Source of the DNA: Octopus bimaculoides
Taxonomy: Eukaryota
Assembly (NCBI RefSeq): GCF_001194135.2
Contig: NC_068984.1
Location: 99,395,333-99,459,332, forward strand
DNA length: 64,000 nt
Direction of reading: 5' to 3'
This document shows, piece after piece, positions 1-13,106 of this stretch. Made by a program: the position numbers and the translations under genes. The stretch's first letter is position 1; every line of letters begins with the position of its first letter. The notes under the pieces are model-generated. The model was not told the origin of the DNA and searched no databases. It worked only from the letters and a program-made list of their open reading frames with translations.

Positions 1-462
1 ATATATATAATGGGATAGGACGGTTATGAGGTTACCCTGGGTTTCTCACTTATGGTGTATCTTTAGACCCCAAACACTACTGGCCTGAGACCTCTTTAAA
101 ATATGGAGGTGGGAAAGCCTTATTTTTAAAAAAAAACCTAGGTGATTATCTCCCTTTGCCATTGTCAATTGATCTTCGGCACAGCTGCCATTTTGCGGTC
201 ACCAAAGCACCATGAAGGTAAATCATTGTCATCCTTCAGCCTTGGCTATTATTTTCCGGCTGTGGTGCCTGAAACATGTTATATTACTGATGAGCAGATC
301 CTTATTTCATCATACAATTTATCAAGATGCCCCCTGGTATGAGCAAGTCTTTAAGGATCCTCATGCAATTGGCAATGCATAACTAAGCCTTAGACCCCAG
401 GCACTGTTGACCTTAGACCGCTTTAAAATATGGATTTATGTATTTCTACAAACGATATATAT

Positions 463-1053
463 ATCATCATCATCATTATTTAACGCCTGTTTTCCATGCT
501 GGCATGGGTTGGAAGGTTTGACTGGGGACTGGCAAGCCAGGAGGCCGCACCAGGTGCCAATCTGATCTAGCAGTGTTTCTACAGCTGGATGCCTTAACTA
601 ATGCCAACCACTCTGAGAATGTCGTAGGTGCTTTTTACGTGCCACCAGCATGGGAGCCAGTCAGGCGGCACTGGCATCGGCCACATTCGGATGGTGATTT
701 TTATGTCCTACTGGCACAGGAGCCAGTTAGGGAGGGGGAGCAGACATTGACCGCATTCAGATGGAGCCAGTCAGGTGGCACTGACAACAACCCATGCATG
801 CAGGGTGCTTATTGCGTGCCACCAGCACGGGAGCCAGTCAGGTGGCACTGGCATCGGCCACAACTACAATTTCCATTTGATTGTGATTTGATTTTGATAT
901 TACTTGACTTGATAGGTCTCCTTAAGCACGGAATGTCACCTGATGATTCAAAGGTACTTTATAAATGGGCTGGTTATGCAACGCTGGTGTAGGCTACAGC
1001 TGTGATCTCACTTTACTTGTCAGGTCTTCACAATCACAGCATATCTCCAATGG
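463..1053 (-). mobile_element. RTE-family LINE 3' UTR fragment with (GAT)n tail
   Basis: Reverse complement matches the 3' UTR following the RTE ORF at 50768-51120 and the copy at 2440-3318. Starts with (CAT)n, has TTTCTACAGCTGGATGCC and repeated GTGCCACCAGCA units. Confidence 0.75.
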
Positions 1054-1069
1054 TCTCTCTCTCTCTCTC

Positions 1070-1109
<40 letters not shown>

Positions 1110-1114
<5 letters not shown>

Positions 1115-1420
1115 TTATTTTACTTGTTTCAGTCACTAGACTGTAGGTATGCTGGGGCATCGCCTTGAAGAATTTTAGGTGAATGAATCGACCCTAGTAC
1201 TTTTTATTTTTTTAACCCTGGTTCTTATTCTATCGTTCTCCTTTGCTAAACCACTAAGTTATTGGGATGTAAACACACCAACACTAGTTGTCAAACGGTG
1301 TTGGGGGTACAAATCTAGATACACATACACACATATGCATACATATGACAGGCTTCTTTCAATTTCCATCAACCAAATCCAGTCACAAGGCTTTGGTTGG
1401 CTCAAGGATATAGTAGAAGA
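1110..1420 (-). mobile_element. tRNA-derived SINE, family B (5'-truncated)
   Basis: Colinear with the fuller copy at 57339-57753 (TTTTACTTGTTTCAGTCA tail, CACCAACACTAGTTGTCAA, CAAGGCTTTGGT). Confidence 0.75.
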
Positions 1421-1472
1421 GATTTGATGATTGGCATTGGATTGGGAGGCTTGGTTAGCTTAATGTAAGATG

Positions 1473-1552
<80 letters not shown>

Positions 1553-1561
1553 ATGTATACT

Positions 1562-1885
1562 AAAGGCCCACTTTGGTCATGTATGATCATGGGATTGCAC
1601 CTAGAAAGTTCCCTCTGAGGTACAAGTCTGGGCAAAGTTGTTTGTGAAAGACCAGCAGTCACCCATGCATACCAGCCTCCCCTCTCCACACCATTGATGT
1701 TGTCCAAGGGAAATGCAAAGGCTGATACAGCCTTGGCACCAATGATGCCACAACTTAGTTCTACTGCTGAGTGAACTGGTGCAACATGAGATAAAGTGTC
1801 TTGCTCAAGAACATGACACACAAGAATCAAACTTGCAACCTCATGACTGTAAGTCCAATATCTTAACCACTGAGCCATGTGCTCC
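1562..1885 (-). mobile_element. tRNA-derived SINE, family D
   Basis: Minus strand begins with tRNA-like GGCTCAGTGGTTAAG...GCAAGTTTGATTC, then GTGTCATGTTCTTGAGCAAGACAC. Other copies at 57762-58087, 21350-21530, 15830-15990. Confidence 0.75.
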
Positions 1886-2439
1886 CTCCCACCCCGCACA
1901 CTCACTTTTTCTATGCCAAAAATAGTTGTTGAATTGAAATAGGTCATTTGTGTACAATATAGTGATTTACTTTACTATAGTCAGTTGTTAGCAAAGAACC
2001 TGCTGAGAAAAAAAATAACATTTTTTCTACATATACTGTGAAGTTTTTTTTTAATATTCAATTCTGTTGCATGACATTTTAGTGCATGTATAGCCTCAAC
2101 TAAGTGATGTATTTTACGTACATAGAGGAAGATTCTTTTATTTCTGTTTGGTGCATTTTAAGCACAATGGGAAAAAAATTTTTCCCCTTTTTTAAGTTTA
2201 TCATAAATATGCTAAAATGTTATGTCCTTTGATAATTGTACTTGTTGACTGATGATTTATTTTCTTTTTGTGCTGTTAAAGTTCAGTTTAAGCAGTTAGA
2301 AATTGATGACTAGGAGAAAGACATGTGCAGAAAGAGAGAATTCCAAGAAGACAACATTTGAGTGAGAAAAGATTGGACATAACAGTTAGTGTGGGAGATG
2401 AATGTGTCAAATATAATAAGTATGAAGGGCGGAGGGGAG

Positions 2440-3318
2440 ATCATCATCATCATCGTCGTTTAATATCCACTTTCCATGCTGACGTGGGTTGGACAGTTTG
2501 ACTGAGGGCTTGGTAAACCAGAAGGCTGCACCAGGCTCCAATCTGATCTGGCAAAGTTTCTACAGCTGGATGCCCTTCTTAATGCCAACCAATCCTAGAG
2601 TGTAGTGGGTGCTTTTTACATGCCACCAGCATGAGGGCTGGTCAGCTGGCACTGGCATCAACCATGCTTGAATGGTGCTTTTTACATGCCACCGGCATGG
2701 GACCAGTCAGGCAGCATTGGCATCAACAATGCTCGAATGATGCTTTTTATGTGCCACCGGTATAGGTGCCCATCAGGCAGTACTGTCATTGGCCATGACA
2801 ATGACTTCACTTGACTCAACAGTCTTTCCAAGTGCAGTTTATTGCCCAGTGATTAAAGGGTACTCTTAAATGGGCCAGTTATTCTGCACTGGCATAGGTC
2901 ACAGTTACAGTCTCACTTGACTTGCTGGGTCTTTTCAATCACAGTATATCTCCAAAGGTCTCAGTCACTTGTCTTCACCTCCATGAGGCCCAGTGTTCAA
3001 AGGTCGTGCTTCACCACCTCATTCCAGGTCTTCGTGAGTCTACCTCTTACACTGGTTCCCTTTACTGCTAGGGTGTGACACTCTTTCAAACAACTGTCCT
3101 CATCCATACACAACACATGACCATACCAGGGCAGTCATCTCTCTTGCACACCACATCTGATGCTTCTTATGTCCAACTTTTCTCTCAGGGTGTTTACACT
3201 CTGTTTACGCACACTGACATTACACATCCAGTGGAGCATGCTAGCTTCATTCCTTGCAAGCTTATGCATATCTTCAGCAGTCACGGCCCATGTTTCACTG
3301 CCATATAGCATGGCTATT
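2440..3318 (-). mobile_element. 5'-truncated RTE LINE (ORF C-terminus + 3' UTR + (GAT)n tail)
   Basis: 3000-3318 is the reverse complement of the RTE ORF C-terminal region at about 50370-50700 (GSETWA, KLARNEASM, RLHWYGHV-like). The remainder matches the RTE 3' UTR. Confidence 0.85.
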
Positions 3319-5129
3319 TCTTACATGTCAAACAATCACATTGGAGACTGTTTTATTAAAATCTTGTGGATTGCTGCTGATACAGAATTGAATCCACTGA
3401 ATCTTTTTTTCTTTTTGTTTTCTAATGTTGGTTCTAGAGAAGGTGCCTTGCTAACTCTGAGAAGTAAAAGCCATTATAGTCGTAGTAGTATGACAACAGA
3501 ATTACTTCAACAACAAACAAAAACAACAATTTTAAAGCCATGCTCTGTTAAAACAGGGACTAGTCACACTGATCCCATAAAAGTCTTGTACTCACCATAT
3601 TTCCTTTTTGAAGCAGCATTTTCATAGCTGGATACCTTTGCTTGTGTCAATTATTTTTAGCCATGTTAGGCTATATTTTTGCTATTTTGAAACTAGGACA
3701 GACCTAGCAACAAACTTACTCCATCAATTTATAAATACCAACCCAGAATTTCAAAATGTAAAATTAACTCTTTTGCTGCCTATGTAATAGGTAAAAAATA
3801 AGATATCAGTGTTAAAACAGTGGAAAAAAAACTGAAAAATCTTTAACAAATCAATGGTTTTGTATGAAGTAAACCATATTTATTTGCTATGCCTCCAACG
3901 AACTTTATGATGTTTTAGAAAATATTTTATTGTTATGTCCTCATTCAGACTACTTTCTGTGTATCAATAATGATTATGATTGTTTTTGTTGTTTTTTTTC
4001 CATCAGCTATCACTGATTGGTCTTTGTAGTTTTGTTTATGTATTTTTGTTTTGTTTATAGCTTATATTATTTCATATAGATTTTTTTTTAAAAACGAGTA
4101 CTTTTTTTTAGATTAAACAATTGTTTATAATTATAATCTGGCCACAAGAAGGATATTTTGCCAACTCGTTAAGTGAGGCTTTCGTTTGTTAATGTAATAT
4201 TTAAACTCAGTCCCTCTGCTGTATTGTCATATTCTATAGAATTGCTAATTACAGACAGATATGGAACGTATTATAATGAAATTCTGAAATCTCTGATTGT
4301 GACTAACTAACTATTTATTATCAGTAGAATTTCTTAGAGAGAGGGAGAGAGGGAGGGAAGAGAAAGGGGTGAAGAGATGGAGAGAAAGAAAAAGAGAGTG
4401 TGTGTGTGTGTGTCTGCGTAACTGTGTGTGCTTATGTGGAACGAAAGAAATTTAATATGCATCACAAATTAATTGAATATATTTATTTTTACATTGCCTT
4501 GTGGATTTTGGTAAAATGATTGAATAAAAAAACTGTGGTATGGTTAAACTTTGAACATTATTCTGCTACAGAATATGCATTATCAGATCTTTGGAAATAA
4601 TAATTAATTCTTTTCTACTGGTTTTCATATACATCTAAGACTGTCTTGCATTTCCTAAGCATCTTATTAATAGCTTATTTTGGCATTGTGTTACAGAATT
4701 ACTTAAAACAACAACAATTCTTTCTTTGAATCCATTTTTAATTAGAAAATTGTGCTTCCTATCTTTTTTTATGATGAAAGTTTCATTAATTGTGAGGCCA
4801 CGTTCGTGAACTGATATTTAGAGAGCCTTAGATCATATTGCTGCTTGAACAAGGCTAACCTGAGGCTACATATCAATAACAACATATTGACTGTATTATC
4901 TGCCATAATCACAATAAATATAATAGCAACATTATTACCAGTTTAAATATGCTTGGGTCATTTTCGAACCCATGGCACTGTCACCCCATAGTTTGTTTAT
5001 GGTAATAATATTGTATTTATGCACATCACTGCTTAGCGTTGCCACCCTATAACAGCAGCAGTCACAACCACATAGCCACACCAACAGTTACAATGACAAC
5101 AATCACAAAAACAACCACCAGAAAACTAC

Positions 5130-5240
5130 CATAACAATAACCACCACCACCAAAACCACCACCACCACCACCACCACCACCACCAACACCACCACAACTA
5201 CTACTACTACTACTACTACTACCATAACCACAACAACTAA
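5130..5240. repeat. Compound (CCA)n/(CTA)n trinucleotide microsatellite
   Basis: Direct reading. Explains the poly-G/poly-S ORF 5062..5265. Confidence 0.9.
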
Positions 5241-5794
5241 CATATGTACATGTACACAAAGGCAAAACTATCTGTAGTATTTTCTAAGTTAAGCCAATGA
5301 TGATGAGAAGGGGTTGTGTATTATTGCGGCCCATACTATGTTTGATATTTGTTAGTGTTTCAATTCAGTTCAACCTTAGTTGAGATAACCTTTGGTCAGA
5401 AACAATCCATCTATGGCTGTCTTATCATTTTAGGGATATGTAGTTCTACATTATGTGACCCTCTGTGTCTTTTATATATTAAAGATGATAGATTGTAGTT
5501 TGAGTTAGATCTGGTTTCTATTTCTGGCATAGAAAAGTTCCCTCTTAATTCGATGGTTGGTATTTATTCAAGTATGTCTGTATGTGTGTGTGTGTGTGTG
5601 TGTGTGTGGTTGTTATGAGTAACTGGTTTATCAAAGGGTCATAGATTTTATTTTTATCTTGTTCTGAGATTGATTGTTTTGAAATCACATGAAGTTGACA
5701 AAACTTTCATTCAGAGACATTCCAGCCATGACTCTCTCATCATTTTGTGGATATGCAATGCTAAATTATTTATCCTTCTGTGTCTTGATTTCAA

Positions 5795-6000
5795 ATTTTG
5801 GCACAAGGCCAGCAATTTCAGGGGAAGGGATAAGTCGATTTCATTAACCCCACTGTTCAACTAGTACTTATTTTATTGACTCCAAATGGATGAAAGGCAA
5901 AGTTGACTGCAACAGCATTTAAACTTAGAATGGAGAATCAGAAGAAATGTCTCTAAGCATTTTTCTCAACATTCTAACAATTCTGCCAGCTCACCACCTT
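5795..6000 (-). mobile_element. tRNA-derived SINE, family A
   Basis: Matches the reverse-strand copy at 13107-13342 (GGATGAAAGGCAAAGTTGAC, TAAGCATTT, TTCTGCCAGCTCACCACC). Confidence 0.75.
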
Positions 6001-6511
6001 GTGTTTTTTACATATTGGTATTTATTCAAGCGTCCCTGTGTGGTTGTTACTGGAACTTATTATGCTCACTTATTAAAGGGTCATTGACTTTATTCTTGCC
6101 TTGTTCGGGGATTGATTGTTTTGAAACTACATGACTGAGATGTAGGTTTCTAAAGTACACACCAATGCATATACACTGTAAAGATGTGGTTAATAGTTTG
6201 TACAATATTAATCTTCATGTTCACATGCCCCCCCTCTTACCTGCTTCTCTCATTATGTCCTCCTTATATATCTCCATATGTAAGCATACATCTATACTTA
6301 GTTTGAAACCGTATAAATGTGTATTCTAATTACTTTTATTTAATACACACAAATAACTAAATCTTCATCAATTTATCACATCTCAGAATCATTCACCAAG
6401 CAGTCGTATGGTATAATCTGTTAATCTATTAGTGATTAGGTTATTTTCTAGATAGAAAATTTTAGTTGTAGGAAATAAATTCACTCTTGTTGTTGTTATT
6501 ATTATTTTCAT

Positions 6512-6546
<35 letters not shown>

Positions 6547-6772
6547 TTGCCTAAATTGTCAGAGCATTGAAGAAAATGTTTTATAGTATTTCTTCCTGCT
6601 CTTTATGTTCTGATTTCAAATCCTGCTGAGGTCAACTTTTCCTTTCAGAGTTGATGAAATGAAGTACCAATTAAGTACTGGGATCACTGGAAATGATTAA
6701 CCCTTTCCATTAATGTTTCAAACCTTGTGACTCTGCCCTTGTGCCTATATTAGAATAATATTAATTATTTAA

Positions 6773-6990
6773 AAGTGGCGAGCTGGCAGAATCGTTAGTA
6801 CACCAGGCAAAATGCTTAGCAGTATTTTGTCTGCCATTACATTCTGAGTTCAAATTCCACCGAGGTTGACTTTACCTTTCAGAGTCAATTAAATAAGTAC
6901 CAGTTATGCACTGGGGTCAATGTAATTGACTAAATCCCTTTGTCTGGCCTTGTTTGTCCCCTCTACGTTTAGCCCCCTGAGGGCTATAAA
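6773..6990 (+). mobile_element. tRNA-derived SINE, family A
   Basis: GGCGAGCTGGCAGAATCGTTAG head, B-box-like GAGTTCAAATTCC, (TAAA)n tail. Reverse complement of 13107-13342. A partial copy lies at about 6610-6700. Confidence 0.85.
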
Positions 6991-7291
6991 TAAATAAATA
7001 AATAAATATTATTATTACATAATACTCAAAAATATTTAGTTATAAATGTGTCTGTTTTGTGTTTAATTCCCACTGAAGTCAATTTGTTTTTTTGTTATCC
7101 CAGCTGGAGGGTGGGTAGCTGCTGGTAGAATAAGAAAATAATCAATCGCACACTTTTGGATACTGCTTCAAGTGTGCATACTCTCTCCTCGTCCATAATT
7201 TGGATCTTTGGTTACATATAGTGGATGATGATGGTGAAATGACCCAATGTGATAGTCTTTGTTATCCTGTAAGTTTTAAAGAGAATTAAAC

Positions 7292-7857
7292 AAGTGGCAT
7301 GGCTATGTGATAAGAAGCTTGCTTCCCAGTCACATTGTTCCAGGTTCGGTCTGACTTGGGCAAGCATCTTTTGCTATAGCTCCAGGTTGACCAAAACCTT
7401 GTGAGTGGATTTGGTAGACAGAAACTGAAAAAAGCCTGTTGTATAGAAATGTGTGTGTGTGTATGTGTGTGTGTGCGTGCATGCATGCATGCATGTGTGT
7501 GTCCTACCACTGCTTGACAACTGGTGTTGGTTTGTTTATGAGGGGGTGCTGAAAGTCTCTGGCTTTGGGTAAAAGAAAATACAGGAGGATCAATTAATTA
7601 TGATTTTATTCAACATATTCCCCTCTCAAATTCACACACTTATTGCAGCAGTCCTTCAGTTTTCCTAAGCCCCGTAAAAGAACTTGGAAGGTTGGGCCTC
7701 CAACTAGGCCTCTCGTGATTCAGAAACTTTTCAGCACCTCTTCATACATCCCCGTAACTTAGTAGTTTGGCAAAAACAGTCTGAGAGACCATTTGATTTA
7801 AAGTTCTTCAAGGTGGTGCTCCAGCATGGCCACAGTCTGAAACAGATAAAAGATTAA
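7292..7857 (+). mobile_element. SINE family B interrupted by a mariner MITE
   Basis: Head GGCATGGCTATGTGATAAG...GGTTCGGTC. The body is split at GTTTA|CATCCCCGTAAC by the element at 7539-7744. Confidence 0.8.
7539..7744. mobile_element. Mariner-derived MITE (~206 bp), TA target-site duplication
   Basis: TIRs TGAGGGGGTGCTGAAAG / CTTTTCAGCACCTCTTCA, TA at 7537-38 and 7745-46. The minus strand has a mariner-like C-terminal coding remnant (CVNLRGEYVE*). Second copy at 24501-24716. Confidence 0.8.
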
Positions 7858-8010
7858 CAGTGACAAAAATAATAATAAGAATAAGCACAACATTAACATT
7901 TCATTAGCAATAGCAACAACAGCAATAAAAGCAACAATAACAACAGCAGCAATAATCTACTATAATAATACTCTTGTGTATTTCTCTGTCACAACATATG
8001 AATGAGAAAG

Positions 8011-8076
8011 GAAGGGGTGATAGATGAATAAGGATGGAAGGGGTGATAGATGAATAAGGATAGAAGGGGTGATATC
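8011..8076. repeat. 26-bp minisatellite, ~2.5 copies
   Basis: AAGGGGTGATAGATGAATAAGGAT(G/A)G recurs at 8012, 8038 and 8064. Confidence 0.85.
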
Positions 8077-8289
8077 AAACTGGAAGTAGGATGGTGAACA
8101 TTCAATGTTGAAAAGGAAAATCAAACAGCATTTCAACTCTTTGTGAGTATATGTGTGTACATGTACAAGGGAAGTATGTGAATGTATGTATCTGTGACCA
8201 TTTTGTACCTTATTTATTTATAAAATACTACAATTAGCTGTCATTTTTGATGGCACAGGGCCAGCTAGTAATAACAATAATACTGACAG

Positions 8290-8740
8290 CAATAGCAGTG
8301 ACAGCATTCCAAAGGAAGGAATTCCAGAGAGCTGCAGCAGTTCTCAAGAAGAATGAACAGACGGGGAGTTCAAATCAAGGTCTAACCAGTAAAATATATT
8401 ATAGTTAACAAGAAGGACAGACAAATAGCTGGGTGTTTGCTGGGGTGGAAGTGGTGTATAGTTTAAGTTAGAGAAACAAAAGTCAGGTACAACCAAAATT
8501 GTTTTATGATGTTATTTTTATGGAAGGGCTGAGAGAAAGGGAATCTAGAAAGAGGTTGTGTACATTAGAAGGAGGCAATAATATAAATGCAGTTGCATCG
8601 ACTGCACTGACATGCATATGAAATATGGGGTTGTAACCAAGGGAGATATAAATGAGGGAGAAAGTAATTGAGTTTTGGGTCTGATGAAGGATGTATAGCA
8701 AGATTGAGGTATCCTTGTTTCTCTTCTACAGCAAGACTTC
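8290..8740 (-). mobile_element. CR1/Jockey-like LINE 3' coding relic
   Basis: Minus-strand translation ends SSFFLRTAAALWNS, resembling the SF.PRT..LWNSLP C-terminal motif of CR1/L2/Jockey ORF2. Heavily decayed. Confidence 0.5.
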
Positions 8741-9269
8741 TATCTCTCTTCCTCTATTTAACTGTGTAATAAAATCATAATTAAATTTTTTTTTTGTCTT
8801 TGGTCAGTAAGAGTTATTTCCTATTTGTTTCTATCTAGAAATCACAGGAAATGACTACTATTCTCTTCAAACTTTGCTTTTGTAACCTGGACATTAGTGT
8901 TTTGAAACTGGCCTATTTTCCATTACATTTCAGACAGATTCATCACTGAGTTGCTCAAGCAGAAATATTGTTGTAGCAAATATTCTGCTCAGTACCACAG
9001 ATTTGCTTATCATTTGTTTGACCATAACCACTTGAGGATGTCTCTTAGCTGCTGACAATATGGGCATCTCTGATCATGAGCAGGAATATTAGGGGAGCAT
9101 CATAGCCATGTGTTGAGAGGGATTCTTTGGGGTTTGAATAAATGTAAGAAAAGCAAAGTTTGAAGGAAATATTAGCCATTTTTCTTACTTTCTAAGGGTA
9201 AGCAAGTAGGAAATAACAGTTACTACCCAAGGACAAAAATCATGTTACAATGTGTTATTCTTTTAATCT

Positions 9270-9550
9270 CTCACCAACTGGAGCAAAGCCACCTCCCTCA
9301 ATACTACTCCCTCTCCCAGTCAAGGGATCTTTGTCTTGCAAGTTACTATGTGACCTCACTGGTGATGGTGCTATGTGAAAAGCATCTAGTACACTCTGTG
9401 ATGTGGTTAGTGTTAGGAAGGGCATCTGACCATAGAAACCATACTAAAACAGACAATGGAGCTCGGCATAGTCCTCTCGCTTGCCAGCTCGTATCAAACC
9501 ATTGAATCTCTGCCAGCACCAAGAACAGACATTAAATGATGATGATGATT
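9270..9550 (+). mobile_element. RTE-tail-bearing repeat (SINE or truncated LINE 3' end)
   Basis: TTAGGAAGGGCATC...TAGAAACCAT...ACATTAAATGATGATGATG. Related pieces at 12660-12800(-), 13480-13685(+), 31650-31860(+), 41125-41215(-), 43940-44170(-), 53980-54140(-), 55310-55405(+). Confidence 0.6.
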
Positions 9551-9888
9551 AAGTAATTTAGAGATATGTCTGGTTTTACAGACATAACAAACCCTACAAT
9601 AGGATGTTAGATGATGATGATTATGATGGTGATAGTGATAACAATTATAATGGCAGTGGTGGTGGTGAATATAATTAGTGGTAATGATAATGATAATTAT
9701 GATGATGATGATGATGATAAAAAGGATGGTATTGATTTTGGTGATGATGACAACCACCATCATCAGGATAATGAATTATGTGTCAAGAGAATGTTAAAAT
9801 ATCCCTTTTCCTCCTTTTCTAAGTAAAAAAGCTCTGTTATTTAAATTTTATTTCAATGCAGTTCTTCAGTTTAAAATTATCAATAGTG

Positions 9889-9891
<3 letters not shown>

Positions 9892-9928
<37 letters not shown>

Positions 9929-10201
9929 NNNNNNNNNNNNNNNNNNNNNNNNNNNNNNNNNNNNNNNNNNNNNNNNNNNNNNNNNNNNNNNNNNNNNNNN
10001 NNNNNNNNNNNNNNNNNNNNNNNNNNNNNNNNNNNNNNNNNNNNNNNNNNNNNNNNNNNNNNNNNNNNNNNNNNNNNNNNNNNNNNNNNNNNNNNNNNNN
10101 NNNNNNNNNNNNNNNNNNNNNNNNNNNNNNNNNNNNNNNNNNNNNNNNNNNNNNNNNNNNNNNNNNNNNNNNNNNNNNNNNNNNNNNNNNNNNNNCACAC
10201 A
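9892..10201. repeat. (CA)n microsatellite spanning assembly gap 9929-10195
   Basis: Direct reading. Confidence 0.95.
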
Positions 10202-10310
10202 CATTATTTATGTTTAAATGTCTATATTTCAGTTTGGAATACAAGTCCTTAGGCTATTAAAAAAATAATAATAATAAAGATAACATTTCTTTTACTTGCT
10301 ACAAGGTCCA

Positions 10311-10315
10311 TGATG

Positions 10316-10360
<45 letters not shown>

Positions 10361-10423
10361 ATGATGATAATAGTGGTAATAATGGTAGTAGTAGTAGTAG
10401 TAGCAATATTGTTGTTGTTGTTG

Positions 10424-10459
<36 letters not shown>

Positions 10460-10479
10460 GCAATATTATTATTATTATC

Positions 10480-10522
<43 letters not shown>

Positions 10523-10523
10523 T

Positions 10524-10559
<36 letters not shown>

Positions 10560-10570
10560 CAGTAGTAATG
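10311..10570. repeat. Compound (GTA)n/(TTA)n/(TTG)n microsatellite
   Basis: Direct reading. Produces the poly-V and poly-L ORFs at 10299-10627. Confidence 0.95.
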
Positions 10571-11012
10571 TTTTGCTCTCATTCAAATTCTTTCTTTATA
10601 TTAAACATTGTTTTGCAAAATATTTAAAGCTAGTAAATAATGTATTTGTAATGGAGAGAGGAAACAAACAAATAAACAAGGAAACCAAAAACACTGCCAG
10701 TGCCTACCCTGCAACCGTTAAATTCCAACTAAAACTGAGTTTGCGATAAATAAGCACACATATACAGCAGGCACACATAAATACGCAATACATACATGTA
10801 TACACAAGACAAAATTAAGAAAATAAATTTTGGTAAAATGTTTCCAAATGAAAACTGATGGAGCATTTAACTGTTTTAGAATTTTAGTGAAAGTTATTAA
10901 CCTAGCAGGGAATAATAGTGGAAATTGATGGACATAGAATTAAATTATTCTTCTCTGCACGGAACCATTTGTAAAGTGTAATATGTTCAAACTTGGAGGG
11001 GAAGCTTATTTC

Positions 11013-11030
11013 ATATATATATATATATAT

Positions 11031-11086
<56 letters not shown>

Positions 11087-11915
11087 NNNNNNNNNNNNNN
11101 NNNNNNNNNNNNNNNNNNNNNNNNNNNNNNNNNNNNNNNNNNNNNNNNNNNNNNNNNNNNNNNNNNNNNNNNNNNNNNNNNNNNNNNNNNNNNNNNNNNN
11201 NNNNNNNNNNNNNNNNNNNNNNNNNNNNNNNNNNNNNNNNNNNNNNNNNNNNNNNNNNNNNNNNNNNNNNNNNNNNNNNNNNNNNNNNNNNNNNNNNNNN
11301 NNNNNNNNNNNNNNNNNNNNNNNNNNNNNNNNNNNNNNNNNNNNNNNNNNNNNNNNNNNNNNNNNNNNNNNNNNNNNNNNNNNNNNNNNNNNNNNNNNNN
11401 NNNNNNNNNNNNNNNNNNNNNNNNNNNNNNNNNNNNNNNNNNNNNNNNNNNNNNNNNNNNNNNNNNNNNNNNNNNNNNNNNNNNNNNNNNNNNNNNNNNN
11501 NNNNNNNNNNNNNNNNNNNNNNNNNNNNNNNNNNNNNNNNNNNNNNNNNNNNNNNNNNNNNNNNNNNNNNNNNNNNNNNNNNNNNNNNNNNNNNNNNNNN
11601 NNNNNNNNNNNNNNNNNNNNNNNNNNNNNNNNNNNNNNNNNNNNNNNNNNNNNNNNNNNNNNNNNNNNNNNNNNNNNNNNNNNNNNNNNNNNNNNNNNNN
11701 NNNNNNNNNNNNNNNNNNNNNNNNNNNNNNNNNNNNNNNNNNNNNNNNNNNNNNNNNNNNNNNNNNNNNNNNNNNNNNNNNNNNNNNNNNNNNNNNNNNN
11801 NNNNNNNNNNNNNNNNNNNNNNNNNNNNNNNNNNNNNNNNNNNNNNNNNNNNNNNNNNNNNNNNNNNNNNNNNNNNNNNNNNNNNNNNNNNNNNNNNNNN
11901 NNNNNNNNNNNNNNN

Positions 11916-11959
<44 letters not shown>
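11013..11959. repeat. (TA)n microsatellite spanning assembly gap 11087-11915
   Basis: Direct reading. Other N-gaps: 18214-18383, 29370-29379, 43455-43532, 54367-54808. All are flanked by simple or tandem repeats. Confidence 0.95.
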
Positions 11960-11963
<4 letters not shown>

Positions 11964-13106
11964 CATACACCCATAAATGCATATATGAGTGTATCTATGT
12001 ATGCCCTTTCTATATACTTTTTAAATGTTTTCCTTATTATAAATTCAAAGAAATTTGCTTTCAGCAGAGTAGGCGCACGCATGTGTGTGTGTGTGCATGT
12101 GTATGTAGCACAGGAGATGCTATTAGTTTATATACTACCGTGTTATTTACCAAACTGTAATTCTGTAAACATATACCATGTTTTAATAAGAATACATGAT
12201 TATACCATTACCTAAACTATTTTTTATCTGAGTTCAGTTGGAAAAAAAAAAAAATTGAAAAACAGGAAATCATAAAAAAAAGTCAAACAAAAATTAATGT
12301 CTCTATAAAACATTTAACATAAATTTCATTATAGAAACTTTAATTATATTTTTAGTTTTAATGTTAATTTCTTTTAACATGTAAACCAAATTAACCAATG
12401 TTTTTAATTGATAATTATTACACGCCTATGCACTCTGTTGTTGATTGTATTCTAAATTGTTACAGAATCTTATTATTTGTGGCATCATTTAATGATGACA
12501 ATGACGATAACCCATGAATGATTATTTTCATTATTATTATTAATAATAATACTATTATTATTATTATTATTAATGATAATAACAATGATAATAATAATAA
12601 TAATTATTATTATTATGATAATAATAATAATAATAGTGAAATATTGTAGTTACTTATATAATCATCATCCTCATCATTTTAGCATCCACTTTTACATGAG
12701 TGCATGAGTTTGTCAAAATTCTTTGACGCCAATTTTTTATTGCTGTATGCTCTTCCTGCTGCCATCCATCTCCTGTTTCCAAACATGGTAATACTTCTCC
12801 TACTTGTATGACAATAATGGTTGTTTACAGTTTGTGTATAATGTCAAGACAAAAAGAGAAAGAGAGAGACACACACACACACAACAGGCTTCTTTCAATT
12901 TCTGTCAACAAAATCTACTTACAAAACATTGATCAAACCTGGGCTGTAGAAAACAGCTATCCAAGGTGCTATGCAATAAGACTGTACTTAAAATTCATGT
13001 GACTATAAAGCAAATTTCTTAACCATACAGTAATGCCCACATTTTACAATATATATCTATATGTGTGTGTGGGTCTATATATAAATATATATATATATGT
13101 GTGTGT

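Noticed and set aside
205-300. GAAACATGTT followed by CTGATGAG as a permuted hammerhead
   Set aside because: Stems I and II cannot be formed around the core words.
630-870. CRISPR-like spaced palindromic repeats
   Set aside because: The units are part of the RTE 3' UTR, the intervening sequence is itself repetitive rather than unique spacers, there are no cas genes, and the context is eukaryotic.
5062-5265. Gly/Ser-rich protein ORF
   Set aside because: Translation of (CCA)n/(CTA)n microsatellites.
10907-10975. GIIVEIDGHRIKLF resembling a Rab/Ras beta-strand exon
   Set aside because: Weak acceptor, the expected QIWDTAG continuation is absent, an in-frame stop follows, and no other GTPase exons were found.
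9837-12215. Long ORFs in the track (up to 410 aa) and similar ones at 18086-18714, 43358-43643 and 54266-55077
   Set aside because: They run through N-gaps and dinucleotide repeats (poly-X, IYIY, HTHT, CVCV) and are artefacts.
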